64,000 bases of DNA. Source: Pseudolabrys sp. Lineage in GTDB: Bacteria > Pseudomonadota > Alphaproteobacteria > Rhizobiales > Xanthobacteraceae. A model generated the notes under the pieces. The model was not told where the DNA came from. It made no database searches and worked only from the letters and a program-made list of their open reading frames with translations. Both the position numbers and the translations under genes were made by a program. This document shows positions 29,370 through 40,951 of the stretch, piece by piece (within the stretch, counting starts at the first letter, position 1; each line of letters starts with the position of its first letter). The stretch spans positions 567-64,566 of the forward strand of contig DATIWJ010000087.1 of assembly GCA_035519415.1 (NCBI GenBank). Reading direction: 5' to 3'.

Positions 29370-30707
29370 CTACACCACCATCATCACCGGGCTCTCGATC
29401 AGCATCTTGAACGCGCGGATCAATTCCGCGCCGAGCGCGCCATCGACTGAACGGTGATCGCAGGACAGCGTTACACTCATGATGGTGGCAGCTTCGATCC
29501 TGCCATTGCGCACGACGGCCCGTTCTTCGCCTGCACCAACCGCCAATATCGTGGATTGCGGCGGGTTGATCACCGCAGTGAAATCCTTGATGCCGTACAT
29601 GCCGAGATTGGATACCGACGACGTCCCGCCCTGATATTCCTGCGGCTTGAGCTTGCGCGAACGCGCGCGGGCTGCAAGATCGCGCATTTCGTTTGAGATC
29701 GATGATAAGGACTTGCTTTCGGCATTGCGCACGATCGGCGTGATCAGTCCGCCCGGCAAGGCCACGGCAACGCCGATATCGGAATGCTTGTGCCTGAGCA
29801 TGCCAGCCTCGGTCCAGCTCACATTTGCATCGGGAACACGCTGGAGTGCCAGCGCAAGCGCTTTGATGACGAAATCATTGACCGAAAGCTTGTAGGCGGG
29901 TTTGCCGTCCTTGTCCTTAGGCGCGGCGGCGTTGATCTCCTCGCGCGCGGCCATCAACCGGCCGATGTCGCAGTCCATCGTCTCGTAGAAATGCGGGATG
30001 GTCTGCACCGAAGCGGTAAGACGCTGCGCGATAGTGCGGCGCATACTGTCAAGCGGCACCAGGTCATACGAGCCGTCTTCGTACAGCGAAAGGATTTGCG
30101 CGTCCGACATCGCTGGAGCGATCATTCCGGCGCCGGCAGGCGCGCCGGCAGGTATGCGCAAGCCTTTGCCCGATTTTGCCTGTTCGATGTCACGCGCAAT
30201 GACGCGACCGTGCGGACCGGAGCCCTGCACGCGGTTCAGATCGATGTTGGATTCCCTTGCCAGGCGGCGTGCGAGCGGTGAGGAGAGGACGCGGTTCGCG
30301 CCGCGCGACGGTTGAGCAGGCGGCAGCAGCGGCGGCACCTTGGGGGCAGCTGCTGAAACAGCCGGCACAGGCTTTTCGCCGGCTGTAGGTGCCGGCACGG
30401 GCGTTGGTTTCGGAGCGGCCTGAGGTGCGCCTTTTGCAGCGCTGGCCGCTGACTTGACGTCTTCGCCTTCGTTCGCGAGCACCGCGATCACCGAATTCAC
30501 CGCCACGTCCTGAGTGCCCTCAGGCACCACGATCTTGGCGAGCGTGCCATCGTCGACCGCCTCGTATTCCATGGTGGCTTTGTCGGTCTCGATCTCGGCG
30601 ATCACGTCCCCCGACTTAACCTTGTCGCCCTCTTTCTTCAGCCAACGCGCCAGGTTGCCCTTCTCCATTGTGGGCGACAGCGCCGGCATGAGGATGTTGG
30701 TGGGCAT
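29370..30707 (-). CDS. pdhC: Pyruvate dehydrogenase E2
   Basis: Lipoyl ETDKA, E3-binding SPLARRLA...GSGPHGR, catalytic DHRSVDG. Confidence 0.96.
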   Translation of the reverse strand: MPTNILMPALSPTMEKGNLARWLKKEGDKVKSGDVIAEIETDKATMEYEAVDDGTLAKIVVPEGTQDVAVNSVIAVLANEGEDVKSAASAAKGAPQAAPKPTPVPAPTAGEKPVPAVSAAAPKVPPLLPPAQPSRGANRVLSSPLARRLARESNIDLNRVQGSGPHGRVIARDIEQAKSGKGLRIPAGAPAGAGMIAPAMSDAQILSLYEDGSYDLVPLDSMRRTIAQRLTASVQTIPHFYETMDCDIGRLMAAREEINAAAPKDKDGKPAYKLSVNDFVIKALALALQRVPDANVSWTEAGMLRHKHSDIGVAVALPGGLITPIVRNAESKSLSSISNEMRDLAARARSRKLKPQEYQGGTSSVSNLGMYGIKDFTAVINPPQSTILAVGAGEERAVVRNGRIEAATIMSVTLSCDHRSVDGALGAELIRAFKMLIESPVMMVV

Positions 30708-30713
30708 GCACGC

Positions 30714-32123
30714 CTACCGGTAGCAAACGGCCTTGGCCGCCTCGACAACTTCGGCGACCGAAGGCAGCGCCAGCTTTTCAAGATTGGCGGCATAAGGCAT
30801 GGGCACGTCTTTTCCGGAGACGCGCGTTATCGGCGCATCGAGATAGTCAAAAGCATGTTCAGTGATGCGGGCGGCTATCTCCGCGCCGACGCCGGATTGC
30901 TGCCAGCCTTCCTCGACAGTGACGGCGCGACCGGTTTTCTGCACAGACGACAGGATCGTATCGGTATCCATGGGCTTGAGCGTGCGAAGGTCGATCACCT
31001 CCGCATCAATGCCATCGTTGGCCAATTCCTCGGCCGCCTTGAGCGCGTAGGTCATGCCCATCGACCAGGCAATAATAGTCACGTCGTTGCCCGCACGCGC
31101 GATCTTCGCCTTGCCGATCGGCAGCACAAAATCATCGAGTTTCGGCACGGGCGAAGAATGGCCGTACAGAATTTCATTTTCGAGAAAGATGACCGGGTTG
31201 GGGTCGCGTATTGCTGCTTTCAGCAAGCCTTTGGCGTCGGCAGCAGTCGACGGCGCGATCACCTTCAAACCCGGGATGTGGGAATACCACGCCGAGTAGT
31301 CCTGGCTGTGTTGCGCGGCAACGCGTGCGGCCGCGCCATTCGGCCCGCGAAAGACGATCTGGCAGCCCATCTGCCCGCCAGACATATAGAGCGTCTTGGC
31401 GGCAGAATTGATCAGATGGTCCATTGCCTGCATGGCAAAGTTGAAGGTCATGAACTCGACGATGGGCTTGAGACCGGCAAGCGCCGCGCCAACACCGAGC
31501 CCGGCAAAGCCATGCTCCGTGATCGGCGTGTCGATCACGCGCTTGGCGCCAAATTCCTGTAATAGCCCCTGCGTGACCTTGTACGCGCCTTGATATTCAG
31601 CGACCTCCTCGCCCATCACAAACACGTCTTTGTCGCGCCGCATCTCCTCGGCCATTGCATCGCGCAGCGCTTCGCGCATGGTCATGGTGACCATCTCGGT
31701 GCCTGCGGGAATATCGGGATCGCTCGCTGCCTGTTGCGCGGGAGCCTCGGGTGCTTTCGCCGGTTTGGGCGTGGCTGCGTCCTGCGTTTTCGCCTGCGGC
31801 TTTTGCGATCTCACCTGGGGCGCGGAGTCCGCAGCTCTTTGCTGAACGGGTTTCGACGACTTGATCGCGGTCTTGTCCTCGCCATCACCGAGAATCACAG
31901 CAATGGGTGTATTCACGGCAACGTCGGCGGTGCCTTCCGGTACAAGAATTTTGCCGAGCGTGCCCTCGTCAGCGGCCTCGACCTCCATGGTTGCCTTATC
32001 GGTCTCGATTTCAGCGATGACATCGCCGGATTTGATCTTGTCGCCCTCCTTCTTGAGCCATTTGGCAAGATTGCCCTTCTCCATCGTGGGCGAGAGCGCG
32101 GGCATGAGCACTTCGGTCGGCAT
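30714..32123 (-). CDS. pdhB: Pyruvate dehydrogenase E1 beta with N-terminal lipoyl domain
   Basis: [32 protein letters not shown]; ATG 32123 (GTG 32129 alternative). Confidence 0.96.
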   Translation of the reverse strand: MPTEVLMPALSPTMEKGNLAKWLKKEGDKIKSGDVIAEIETDKATMEVEAADEGTLGKILVPEGTADVAVNTPIAVILGDGEDKTAIKSSKPVQQRAADSAPQVRSQKPQAKTQDAATPKPAKAPEAPAQQAASDPDIPAGTEMVTMTMREALRDAMAEEMRRDKDVFVMGEEVAEYQGAYKVTQGLLQEFGAKRVIDTPITEHGFAGLGVGAALAGLKPIVEFMTFNFAMQAMDHLINSAAKTLYMSGGQMGCQIVFRGPNGAAARVAAQHSQDYSAWYSHIPGLKVIAPSTAADAKGLLKAAIRDPNPVIFLENEILYGHSSPVPKLDDFVLPIGKAKIARAGNDVTIIAWSMGMTYALKAAEELANDGIDAEVIDLRTLKPMDTDTILSSVQKTGRAVTVEEGWQQSGVGAEIAARITEHAFDYLDAPITRVSGKDVPMPYAANLEKLALPSVAEVVEAAKAVCYR

Positions 32124-32150
32124 GGGCACAATATCTTCCAGGCAACAGGA

Positions 32151-33158
32151 TCAGCGATAGACGTCGGTATAAAGTTCTGACACGTCCGGTTCCGGATCGT
32201 GGGTGGCGAACTCTGCGGCCTGGTTGATAAGGTCGCGTACCTCGCCATCAATCTTTTTCAACGTTTCCTCGTTCGCAAATTTCCTTTCCAAAATGCGATG
32301 CCGCGCCATATCGATCGGATCGTGGTGCGTGCGAACCTCATCAACCTCTTCGCGGGTGCGATACTTTGCGGGATCGGACATCGAATGTCCGCGATAACGG
32401 TAGGTCAGCATTTCGAGGATGTAAGGCCCTTTTCCGGACCGGCACCAGTCGGCCGCCTTCTCGCCCGCCGCCTTCACAGCGCGCACGTCCATCCCATCCA
32501 CCTGGTCACCTGGAATGTTGAACGATAGTCCACGGCGGGACAGGTTTACTTCAGCCGAGGAGCGCGTGATCGATGTGCCCATCGCGTAGCGATTGTTCTC
32601 GATCACATAGATTACGGGGAGCTTCCAGAGCTCCGCCATATTGAAGCTCTCATAAACCTGACCCTGGTTTGCGGCGCCATCACCGAAATAGGTCACACTG
32701 AGATTTTTGTTCCCGCGGTAGCGATTGGCGAAGGCGAGGCCCGTGCCCAACGGAACTTGTGCGCCGACAATGCCGTGGCCCCCGTAGAAGCCTTTCTCCA
32801 CGCTGAACATATGCATGGAGCCACCTTTGCCTTTGGAATATCCGTGCGCACGGCCGGTCAGTTCTGCCATCACGCCCTTTGGATCCATGCCGGTCGCAAT
32901 CATGTGACCATGGTCACGGTAGCCGGTAATGACCTGATCGCCCTCTTTGAGCACCATCTGCATGCCGACGACCACCGCTTCCTGGCCGATATACAGATGG
33001 CAAAATCCGCCGATCAGCCCCATGCCGTACATTTGGCCCGCTTTCTCCTCGAAGCGGCGAATGACCAGCATGGTGCGGTAGGCGGAAAGTTCCTGCTCCT
33101 TGCTAAAATCGGCGACGGATTTGACGTCGGCGCTCGGATTTTTCTGGGCGACCGCCAT
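32151..33158 (-). CDS. pdhA: Pyruvate dehydrogenase E1 alpha
   Basis: GFCHLYIGQEA, TPP motif FGDGAANQGQ...ENN, YRYRGHSMSDP. Confidence 0.96.
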   Translation of the reverse strand: MAVAQKNPSADVKSVADFSKEQELSAYRTMLVIRRFEEKAGQMYGMGLIGGFCHLYIGQEAVVVGMQMVLKEGDQVITGYRDHGHMIATGMDPKGVMAELTGRAHGYSKGKGGSMHMFSVEKGFYGGHGIVGAQVPLGTGLAFANRYRGNKNLSVTYFGDGAANQGQVYESFNMAELWKLPVIYVIENNRYAMGTSITRSSAEVNLSRRGLSFNIPGDQVDGMDVRAVKAAGEKAADWCRSGKGPYILEMLTYRYRGHSMSDPAKYRTREEVDEVRTHHDPIDMARHRILERKFANEETLKKIDGEVRDLINQAAEFATHDPEPDVSELYTDVYR

Positions 33159-33326
33159 TAGCACTCCCTGCGAAAGCGTCCGGCAAATTGAGACGGGCGT
33201 CGGTAGGCTTCCAGACCCCCCATAGCGTAAATCACCCTGCGGCGAAAGCGCGAGCCCGGCTGCCTTGCGCCCAAAACGGTGTGGATATAGCCAAGATAAG
33301 GCAAGTTGCCGCGCTGTTCGGTACCC

Positions 33327-33644
33327 CTAGCGAGGATGCAACAGGAGGGTCAGATCGCGCGGGTCGACGTAGCCGAGGAGAGAGCGGGCACGTTCATCGA
33401 GCATGTCCGGATCGATACGGTCCGCACGGAGGAGCGAAATCCGTCGTTCCCAAAGCGCCCGCTCCGCTTTGAGCTGCCCTAACTCGCCCTTCATCGATTC
33501 AAGTTGCTTTTCGAGATCCTGCTGCGCACGCAGGCCGTGATTTCCGGTGAAGGCGTTAATACCGAAATAGCCGATAAACAGGGCGGCAAGAAAATAGAGA
33601 CCGAGCACGGTCAGGATGGTGCGACGGCGGCGATGGGTGACCAT
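33327..33644 (-). CDS. ftsB: Septum formation initiator FtsB/DivIC
   Basis: One TM, GNHGL, coiled coil, DPDMLDERAR; usual eno-ftsB-pdhA locus; ATG 33644 preferred over TTG 33653. Confidence 0.85.
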   Translation of the reverse strand: MVTHRRRRTILTVLGLYFLAALFIGYFGINAFTGNHGLRAQQDLEKQLESMKGELGQLKAERALWERRISLLRADRIDPDMLDERARSLLGYVDPRDLTLLLHPR

Positions 33645-33667
33645 GGCCGCCAAGATGGGGCAAGCCC

Positions 33668-33683
33668 GTTAAGGCGTCTTTAA
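33668..33683 (-). promoter_or_regulatory. CtrA binding box upstream of ftsB
   Basis: Minus strand TTAA-AGACGCC-TTAAC, full TTAA-N7-TTAAC consensus ~25 nt upstream of the ATG. Confidence 0.7.
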
Positions 33684-33781
33684 ATTTCCAAAATTTTTAT
33701 CTGGTCCACTGCCCAACAGCGACTGGCCGGGGCGAATGCCGACGGGTTGTTCGGTGTTATTACCAGCATCGGATACGGAGG

Positions 33782-34066
33782 TTGATGATGACCCGCATGT
33801 TTTTCATCGCGACAGCTGTCTTTATTGTTCTGGCCGTGAGCCAGCGACCGGCGGCAGCAGACTACTATGGTGCCCCCTGGTGCGCAGTCCTCGCGATGGG
33901 CGACGGTGACATGCAGTGGGACTGTGAATATCAGTCGATCGAAGCATGTCGGCCAAATGTGTTGGCCGGCAATCGGGGTTGGTGCAATCCGAACCCGTAC
34001 ATGGCCGCTTCGTTTCAGCCGAAGGAAAACAGGCGCCCGCGAAAGCACCGCGCGCACGCGCAATAG
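33782..34066 (+). CDS. DUF3551-like small secreted Cys protein
   Basis: Signal peptide; PWCA...DCEYQSIEAC...GNRGWCNPNP. Confidence 0.75.
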   Translation: MMMTRMFFIATAVFIVLAVSQRPAAADYYGAPWCAVLAMGDGDMQWDCEYQSIEACRPNVLAGNRGWCNPNPYMAASFQPKENRRPRKHRAHAQ

Positions 34067-34096
34067 CGGACCCTGCCGCGGACTTGTTTGCCTGCG

Positions 34097-34900
34097 CTAG
34101 ATTCGGTGGCGAATTTCGTTGAGTACGAAATTGCCCAGCCGTTTGCCGCGGTTGCGCAAAATCTTCAGCACGCCCTGGTCAACGAAATAGGTGAGCAGGA
34201 TCGAATCGCGCGTCTTCACCCGATTGTGCACAGGGTCGGCGGAGTGCCAGGTGTCATTGCCGACTGCGAATGCATAGCCGGTATTAGGCGCAAAACGCAT
34301 CTGCGCTTTTTTCGGCATGGAGCCGTCGGCCAGCTTCTCATGGAAGATGGTGCCGATATCGGTATTTGCGTCGTCCTTCGGCAGATAAAGCTGAACGGTA
34401 ATCCCTTTCCAATGCGTGTCAGTGTGCGGCGTAATCAGATAGCCGGGAATATCGCGGGTGAGGATCGGGATTGGATACATACCGACCTTGGCGAAGTCAT
34501 TTCCGAAACGCTTTGATAGGCCGGGCGCCAGTCGTCGAATGAATGCTTGCTTGACCGGTTCTGAACACAGCGCGCGACCAACCACACCCCATAGAGCGCG
34601 CTTTTCTGGTGGCAGGTGACGGATGTATTCCGGGAACAAATCGATTTTCACGCGCGTATGGGTGCCATCATCGAGATCGTGACCCTTGCTCCGCCCGTGC
34701 ATCGGCCGGTAGTCGGCGGACTCCGGCATGAGCGCCAAAATCTGGGCGTAGATATCGTCAGGGAACACCCGATCAAACTCAAGATGGTAAAATGGTTTCT
34801 CCGAAGCGCGCGCGCCATCAATCGACTGCACAATAAATTCTGCCAGTCGATCAGCTGCTCTGCGTCGATCGTAGGTGGACAGGGTTGTGGTCTGATCCAT
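34097..34900 (-). CDS. Putative 2OG-Fe(II) oxygenase
   Basis: HTD...H facial triad (PHTDTH; TWHS), downstream RDS, YLP beta strand. Confidence 0.7.
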   Translation of the reverse strand: MDQTTTLSTYDRRRAADRLAEFIVQSIDGARASEKPFYHLEFDRVFPDDIYAQILALMPESADYRPMHGRSKGHDLDDGTHTRVKIDLFPEYIRHLPPEKRALWGVVGRALCSEPVKQAFIRRLAPGLSKRFGNDFAKVGMYPIPILTRDIPGYLITPHTDTHWKGITVQLYLPKDDANTDIGTIFHEKLADGSMPKKAQMRFAPNTGYAFAVGNDTWHSADPVHNRVKTRDSILLTYFVDQGVLKILRNRGKRLGNFVLNEIRHRI

Positions 34901-34979
34901 CGCAACTACTCACGTTTGGTTATTGGACGCAATTTGCGGCGAAACCGCCGGCAAATGCAAGTTCTCGAATGCCGCAACT

Positions 34980-36317
<1,338 letters not shown>

Positions 36318-36372
36318 TCATGTCCCGCGCTAACCGGGCATCCAATAGGCATAAACCATGCGATAAAAGCCA

Positions 36373-36825
36373 ATGGCCAGAAAACGATGGCAGCTGGGCC
36401 GCCCAAGCCCGATTCCCGCTTCGCCTGACAGGGCGGTGCTTGACCGCGTGCCCAATCCGCACGCCGGCACAAATTATATTGCGCGTTTCACCGCTCCGGA
36501 ATTCACCACTCTTTGCCCCATCACTGGTCAACCTGATTTTGCGCATCTGGTGATTGATTATTTGCCCGGGCGTTATCTGGTAGAATCCAAATCGCTCAAG
36601 CTTTATCTCAACAGCTTCCGCAACCGCGGTGCGTTCCACGAAGATTGCACCGTTGCCATCGGCAAAAAACTCGATGCGCTCCTGAGGCCCAAATGGTTGC
36701 GCATCGGCGGTTATTGGTATCCGCGCGGCGGCATGCCCATCGACGTATTCTGGCAGACAGGAAGATTGCCGAAGGACGTTTGGGTGCCCGATCAGGGCGT
36801 CGCGCCCTATCGCGGACGCGGCTGA
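36373..36825 (+). CDS. queF: NADPH-dependent preQ0 reductase QueF
   Basis: [34 protein letters not shown]. Confidence 0.95.
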   Translation: MARKRWQLGRPSPIPASPDRAVLDRVPNPHAGTNYIARFTAPEFTTLCPITGQPDFAHLVIDYLPGRYLVESKSLKLYLNSFRNRGAFHEDCTVAIGKKLDALLRPKWLRIGGYWYPRGGMPIDVFWQTGRLPKDVWVPDQGVAPYRGRG

Positions 36826-36828
36826 CAT

Positions 36829-37989
36829 TCACCCAACAATGGCGTGCGGTAGAAAACGTGACGTATTTTTGGTGATCGGCCCCGCGTCCTCACGCACCGA
36901 CAGGCCGCAAGGCGCGCCCGCGGCGAACCAAGACCCAACCACCGTGTAGTTGCCATCGAACTGCGGCAGCGGCGCGATCGCCTGGCGTACGAAACCTTCC
37001 GCGCCATAGGGCCCGTCATCTTTGTCGAATGACCGGCCATCGCGAATGAGCTCGATGTTGGCGCCTTCACGCGAATAGAGCGGTTTGCGGGCGTAGGAAT
37101 TACCGAGCGTCGCGGCTTTCGGGTCATCGTCAAAAAAGGCCGGCAGCAAGTTCGGATGGTCCGGATAAAGTTCCCAGAGCAACGGCAAAATTCCCTTGTT
37201 GGAAAGAATCATTTTCCATGGAGGCTCTACAAATTGCGTTATTGAACCGGGCAGCGAAGCGCCGAACGCTTCCCGCGTCATCCATTCCCATGGATAAAGC
37301 TTGAACAACAATTCGATCGAGCGCTCGCCGTCGTCGATAAATTGCCCAGCGGAACTCCTCCCGATATTCTCGATCGGCAGCACTATCGTCGCCAACCCCG
37401 CCTGGTGTGCACAATCTTCAAGATACGCGACGGTTCCTGCGTCCTCGGGATTGTCCATCATGGCAGTGAGATGCAGCGGACGGCCCTTGCCGATTTCTTT
37501 CCAGCCCTGAATTAGCCGTTCATGCAGCGAATTGTACTGGTCGGCATCTTTCGGCAGGACTTTTCGCTCAATCGCCTGCTCAAGCCACACCCACTGAAAC
37601 ACGCCGGTCTCAAGTGCCGACGTTGGCGTATCGGCATTGTACTCCAGCATTTTTGCCGGTCCGCTGCCGTCATAACGCAGATCGAAGCGGCCGTAGAGGC
37701 TGGGTTCGGATTTCTTCCAGCTGCGCGCAACCCAGTTCCAGAAGGGCACCGGAATCGCAAGCCGTTGCATCATCGCGTCGTCGGCAATAACGCGTGCGAC
37801 CAACGCGCGGCACATCTCCTCAAGTTCAGCCGTCGGTGCTTCGATATCCTGTTCGATTTCCTTGAGCCTGAAAGCGTAGTAGGCCCGCTCGTCCCAATAG
37901 CGCTGCCCGTCGATAGTGTGAAAATCGAAGCCGATCTCTTCCGCGCGTGCGCGCCAGTCCGGGCGCTCTTCGCAGGCGATCCGCTGCAT
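36829..37989 (-). CDS. Glutathionylspermidine-synthase-family ATP-grasp protein (YgiC/YjfC-like)
   Basis: YWDERAYY, LYGRFD, LEYNADTPT, FKLYPWE, EPPWKMILSNK, KPLYSREGAN; no amidase domain; ATG 37989 overlaps upstream stop. Confidence 0.9.
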   Translation of the reverse strand: MQRIACEERPDWRARAEEIGFDFHTIDGQRYWDERAYYAFRLKEIEQDIEAPTAELEEMCRALVARVIADDAMMQRLAIPVPFWNWVARSWKKSEPSLYGRFDLRYDGSGPAKMLEYNADTPTSALETGVFQWVWLEQAIERKVLPKDADQYNSLHERLIQGWKEIGKGRPLHLTAMMDNPEDAGTVAYLEDCAHQAGLATIVLPIENIGRSSAGQFIDDGERSIELLFKLYPWEWMTREAFGASLPGSITQFVEPPWKMILSNKGILPLLWELYPDHPNLLPAFFDDDPKAATLGNSYARKPLYSREGANIELIRDGRSFDKDDGPYGAEGFVRQAIAPLPQFDGNYTVVGSWFAAGAPCGLSVREDAGPITKNTSRFLPHAIVG

Positions 37990-38384
37990 CAGCCACCGTG
38001 CGAGTGACCGCCAACCGAATGACCGACACTGCCGAAGCCGCCGTACGTCCCGATCCCATGCCCGACCGACGGCACCGACGTATGGCTTCTCGACGGTGAA
38101 AAATAGCCGGCCCGGCCGGATCTCTGCGACGACGACGAGCCATAGCTGTATGAGCGGCTGGACCAATATGTCCGGTTGCTCCAGGACCAACGCGGGCCTG
38201 ACTCGCAGGGCACCATCGGCTTCGCGGCCGCAACAGAGCCGGGAGCTAGCGCCTGTGGACTAATCGCACCGGAGGCGGCCGCCCCTGGTGCCGCACAGTC
38301 GCGAGGCGGTAACAGGGCATAGGCTGACGCGCCGGCGGTCGTCACGCCCATCAGTAGTAGCGCAACGTGATGTGATCGCTTCAT
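37989..38384 (-). CDS. YgiB/DUF1190-like Ser/Gly-rich small membrane-anchored protein
   Basis: MKRS start + hydrophobic segment, Ser-rich tail with GGFG; position between DUF350 and GspS-like genes. Confidence 0.6.
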   Translation of the reverse strand: MKRSHHVALLLMGVTTAGASAYALLPPRDCAAPGAAASGAISPQALAPGSVAAAKPMVPCESGPRWSWSNRTYWSSRSYSYGSSSSQRSGRAGYFSPSRSHTSVPSVGHGIGTYGGFGSVGHSVGGHSHGG

Positions 38385-38391
38385 CGACGGA

Positions 38392-38796
38392 TCACAGCGT
38401 CATTGAAGCAGCGCTCAGCAGGCCGGCAGTGAGCGAGGCAAGGCCGAGCCAGATTGCCGGTGCAAGTTCCCCGGCCACGATCCGGTTTGAAAGGTCTGGC
38501 ACGGGAATTCGTACCGCAAAGAAGGTAATGATCTGCACGACGAGCGCGACCACGCCCCAGATCGCGCAATCGATCAGGTCGGAGGCGTGCGCAATCGCGC
38601 TGGCCAGAGGCATTGCGAAACCAAAAAGGCTCAAACCCAACGCAACGGCAGCGCCAGGCACGTTTTTGCGGACCAATTCAAATTCGTTTATGGGCGTGAT
38701 GCGCGTGTAGATCAGCAAGAATGCGATCACCAGCACCGTCGCCAGGCAAAAATACGCAACAAATGCCGGCAACCCTTCAAGCGATTGCAACACCAT
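38392..38796 (-). CDS. DUF350 (YjfL-like) membrane protein
   Basis: YTRITPINEFELVRKN..AAVALG..GFAMPLASAI; four TM. Confidence 0.85.
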   Translation of the reverse strand: MVLQSLEGLPAFVAYFCLATVLVIAFLLIYTRITPINEFELVRKNVPGAAVALGLSLFGFAMPLASAIAHASDLIDCAIWGVVALVVQIITFFAVRIPVPDLSNRIVAGELAPAIWLGLASLTAGLLSAASMTL

Positions 38797-38887
38797 GACT
38801 TGCCCCCCGGTCATTTGTGCCGGTGAGATCATAGCGGAGTCGTTGCGCCTGCGAAGCGCGTTTGCGGCGATTTCAACCGGGTCGTAC

Positions 38888-40045
38888 TCAGACGCTCTGT
38901 GGGTGTTTCAAGCGCCAGGCACAGATCCAGCCTGTGGCGGTCAATGCGGCCGCGCCGACCAGCAGCACCGGGGTCACACCCACGCTGTTCAGCCCGACGC
39001 CATAAACAACCGGCCCTACTGCCTGGCCAAGAAAAAAGAAAAACGAGTGCCCGGCCATCGCCGACCCGCGCGCAGATGGCGCAAGTTCAGTGACATAGAC
39101 CTGGATGCAGCCGTGCAACATATAGAAGCCAAAGCCGAGCAGGATGAAATTGGCAAACTCCACCGGCCAGGGCGCGCGCAGCGCGATCACGATCAGACCA
39201 AATGCCATGACCATGCCGCCGGCCGCCATCAGCCGGTTTTCGCCGACGTATGCGAGCAGCCATGAGACCGACACGGTATAAACGATGCCGCCGACGCCAA
39301 ACCCGGCGATCACAATGCCGGCGATCGAGGCGCTGGTCACGCCTTCGGTGTGCAGCAAGGTGGCCATGTACGGAAACACCCCGAACAGGAAAATTGCTTC
39401 CACGAACACCGCGCCGAAGCAGTATTTGGCCAGCGGATTGCGGAAGATCGCGCGATAGTTCGGGATCAGCGTCGAGGGATCGAAACGGCCGGCGGTCTCA
39501 CCCATTCCGCGAAAGCCCGGCATCGCAAATGCAAGTGCAATCAGGTTGATGGCGCCGGTCACGAAAAATACGCCGCGCCAGCCGATCAGGTCGCCGATGA
39601 CACCGGCAGCCGAGGCGCCCAGAAGATTGCCGCTCATGGCCGCAAACAAAAGCTTGCCGAACGCTACCTGCCGCTGCGCAACTGGAACGCGGTCGCCGGC
39701 AACTGCGAACGCAATCGGGAATATGCCGCCGGCCGTCATGCCGGCGATGATGCGCAAAACCATCAGCGTCTCGAAATTGGTCGCCAGTCCGCAAGCAAGC
39801 GTGGCAATGCCGACTATGAGCATGCAGAGCGCAATCAACCGGGTTTTGCTGAACATATCGGCGAGCGCACCGAGCACCGGTTGCACCAACGCGTAGGGCA
39901 AGGTGAAGGCCGTTGACAGCATCGCCGCGGTCGCCGTTGCCACGGCCAACCCCGTGGCAATCTGCGGAATCACCGGATCAACCGAGCGCATGAACAGCGA
40001 CGTCGCGAATATGACGAACGCCAAGAGATTGATGAAGTTGCCCAT
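38888..40045 (-). CDS. MFS transporter
   Basis: About 12 TM; GALADMFSK, RIIAG, GWRGVF. Confidence 0.88.
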   Translation of the reverse strand: MGNFINLLAFVIFATSLFMRSVDPVIPQIATGLAVATATAAMLSTAFTLPYALVQPVLGALADMFSKTRLIALCMLIVGIATLACGLATNFETLMVLRIIAGMTAGGIFPIAFAVAGDRVPVAQRQVAFGKLLFAAMSGNLLGASAAGVIGDLIGWRGVFFVTGAINLIALAFAMPGFRGMGETAGRFDPSTLIPNYRAIFRNPLAKYCFGAVFVEAIFLFGVFPYMATLLHTEGVTSASIAGIVIAGFGVGGIVYTVSVSWLLAYVGENRLMAAGGMVMAFGLIVIALRAPWPVEFANFILLGFGFYMLHGCIQVYVTELAPSARGSAMAGHSFFFFLGQAVGPVVYGVGLNSVGVTPVLLVGAAALTATGWICAWRLKHPQSV

Positions 40046-40068
40046 GGGAACTAAATGCCCGCCAAGGA

Positions 40069-40896
40069 TCAGCGCTTGGCAAGCCGGTCGAACTCGACCA
40101 GCGTGCGCAACAGCGGCTCCATCTCCTTGAGCGGCATCATATTGGGGCCATCGGACGGGGCCTTGTCAGGATCCTGATGGGTCTCGATGAACACACCGGC
40201 AACTCCCACGGCGACCGCCGCGCGCGCGAGTACGGGAACGAATTCGCGTTCGCCACCGGATGACGTGCCCTTCCCGCCCGGCTGTTGCACCGAATGGGTG
40301 GCGTCGAATATCACCGGGGCTTGCGTCGTACGCATGAGGATCGGCAGCGCACGCATGTCGGAGACGAGTGTGTTGTAGCCGAAGGATACGCCCCGCTCCG
40401 TCACCAGGATATTGCGATTGCCTGCGCCAGTGATCTTCTCAACGACGTTCTGCATATCCCAAGGGGCCAGAAACTGCCCCTTCTTCACGTTGACGGTTTT
40501 GCCGGTCTTCGCGGCGGCAATGAGCAGATCTGTTTGGCGGCAAAGGAACGCCGGAATTTGCAGCACGTCGACCGCCGGCGCGACGCGGTTACACTGTTCG
40601 GCGTCATGTACATCAGTGAGAACCGGCACTTTTAGCTTGTCACGAATTTCAGCGAATATCGGCAGGGATTGTTCGAGGCCAAGGCCCCGTGCGGATCTGG
40701 CCGAGGTGCGGTTGGCTTTATCGAACGACGTCTTGTAGACGAGGCCGATGCCGACACGCGCGGCAATTTCTTTCAGCGCATTTGCCATTTCCAATGCGTG
40801 GGCCTTGCTCTCTAGCGCGCAAGGCCCTGCAATGAGTGACAACGGCAATTTATTGCCGAAGCGCATGGCGCCGACCGCAACGGTAGAATTTGGCAT
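40069..40896 (-). CDS. kdsA: KDO 8-phosphate synthase
   Basis: [40 protein letters not shown]. Confidence 0.96.
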   Translation of the reverse strand: MPNSTVAVGAMRFGNKLPLSLIAGPCALESKAHALEMANALKEIAARVGIGLVYKTSFDKANRTSARSARGLGLEQSLPIFAEIRDKLKVPVLTDVHDAEQCNRVAPAVDVLQIPAFLCRQTDLLIAAAKTGKTVNVKKGQFLAPWDMQNVVEKITGAGNRNILVTERGVSFGYNTLVSDMRALPILMRTTQAPVIFDATHSVQQPGGKGTSSGGEREFVPVLARAAVAVGVAGVFIETHQDPDKAPSDGPNMMPLKEMEPLLRTLVEFDRLAKR

Positions 40897-40951
40897 TTGA
40901 CCCAAGCTCAAATCCTCGCGGGCGCGACCATGAAGCGGGTCGGCCATCCGG

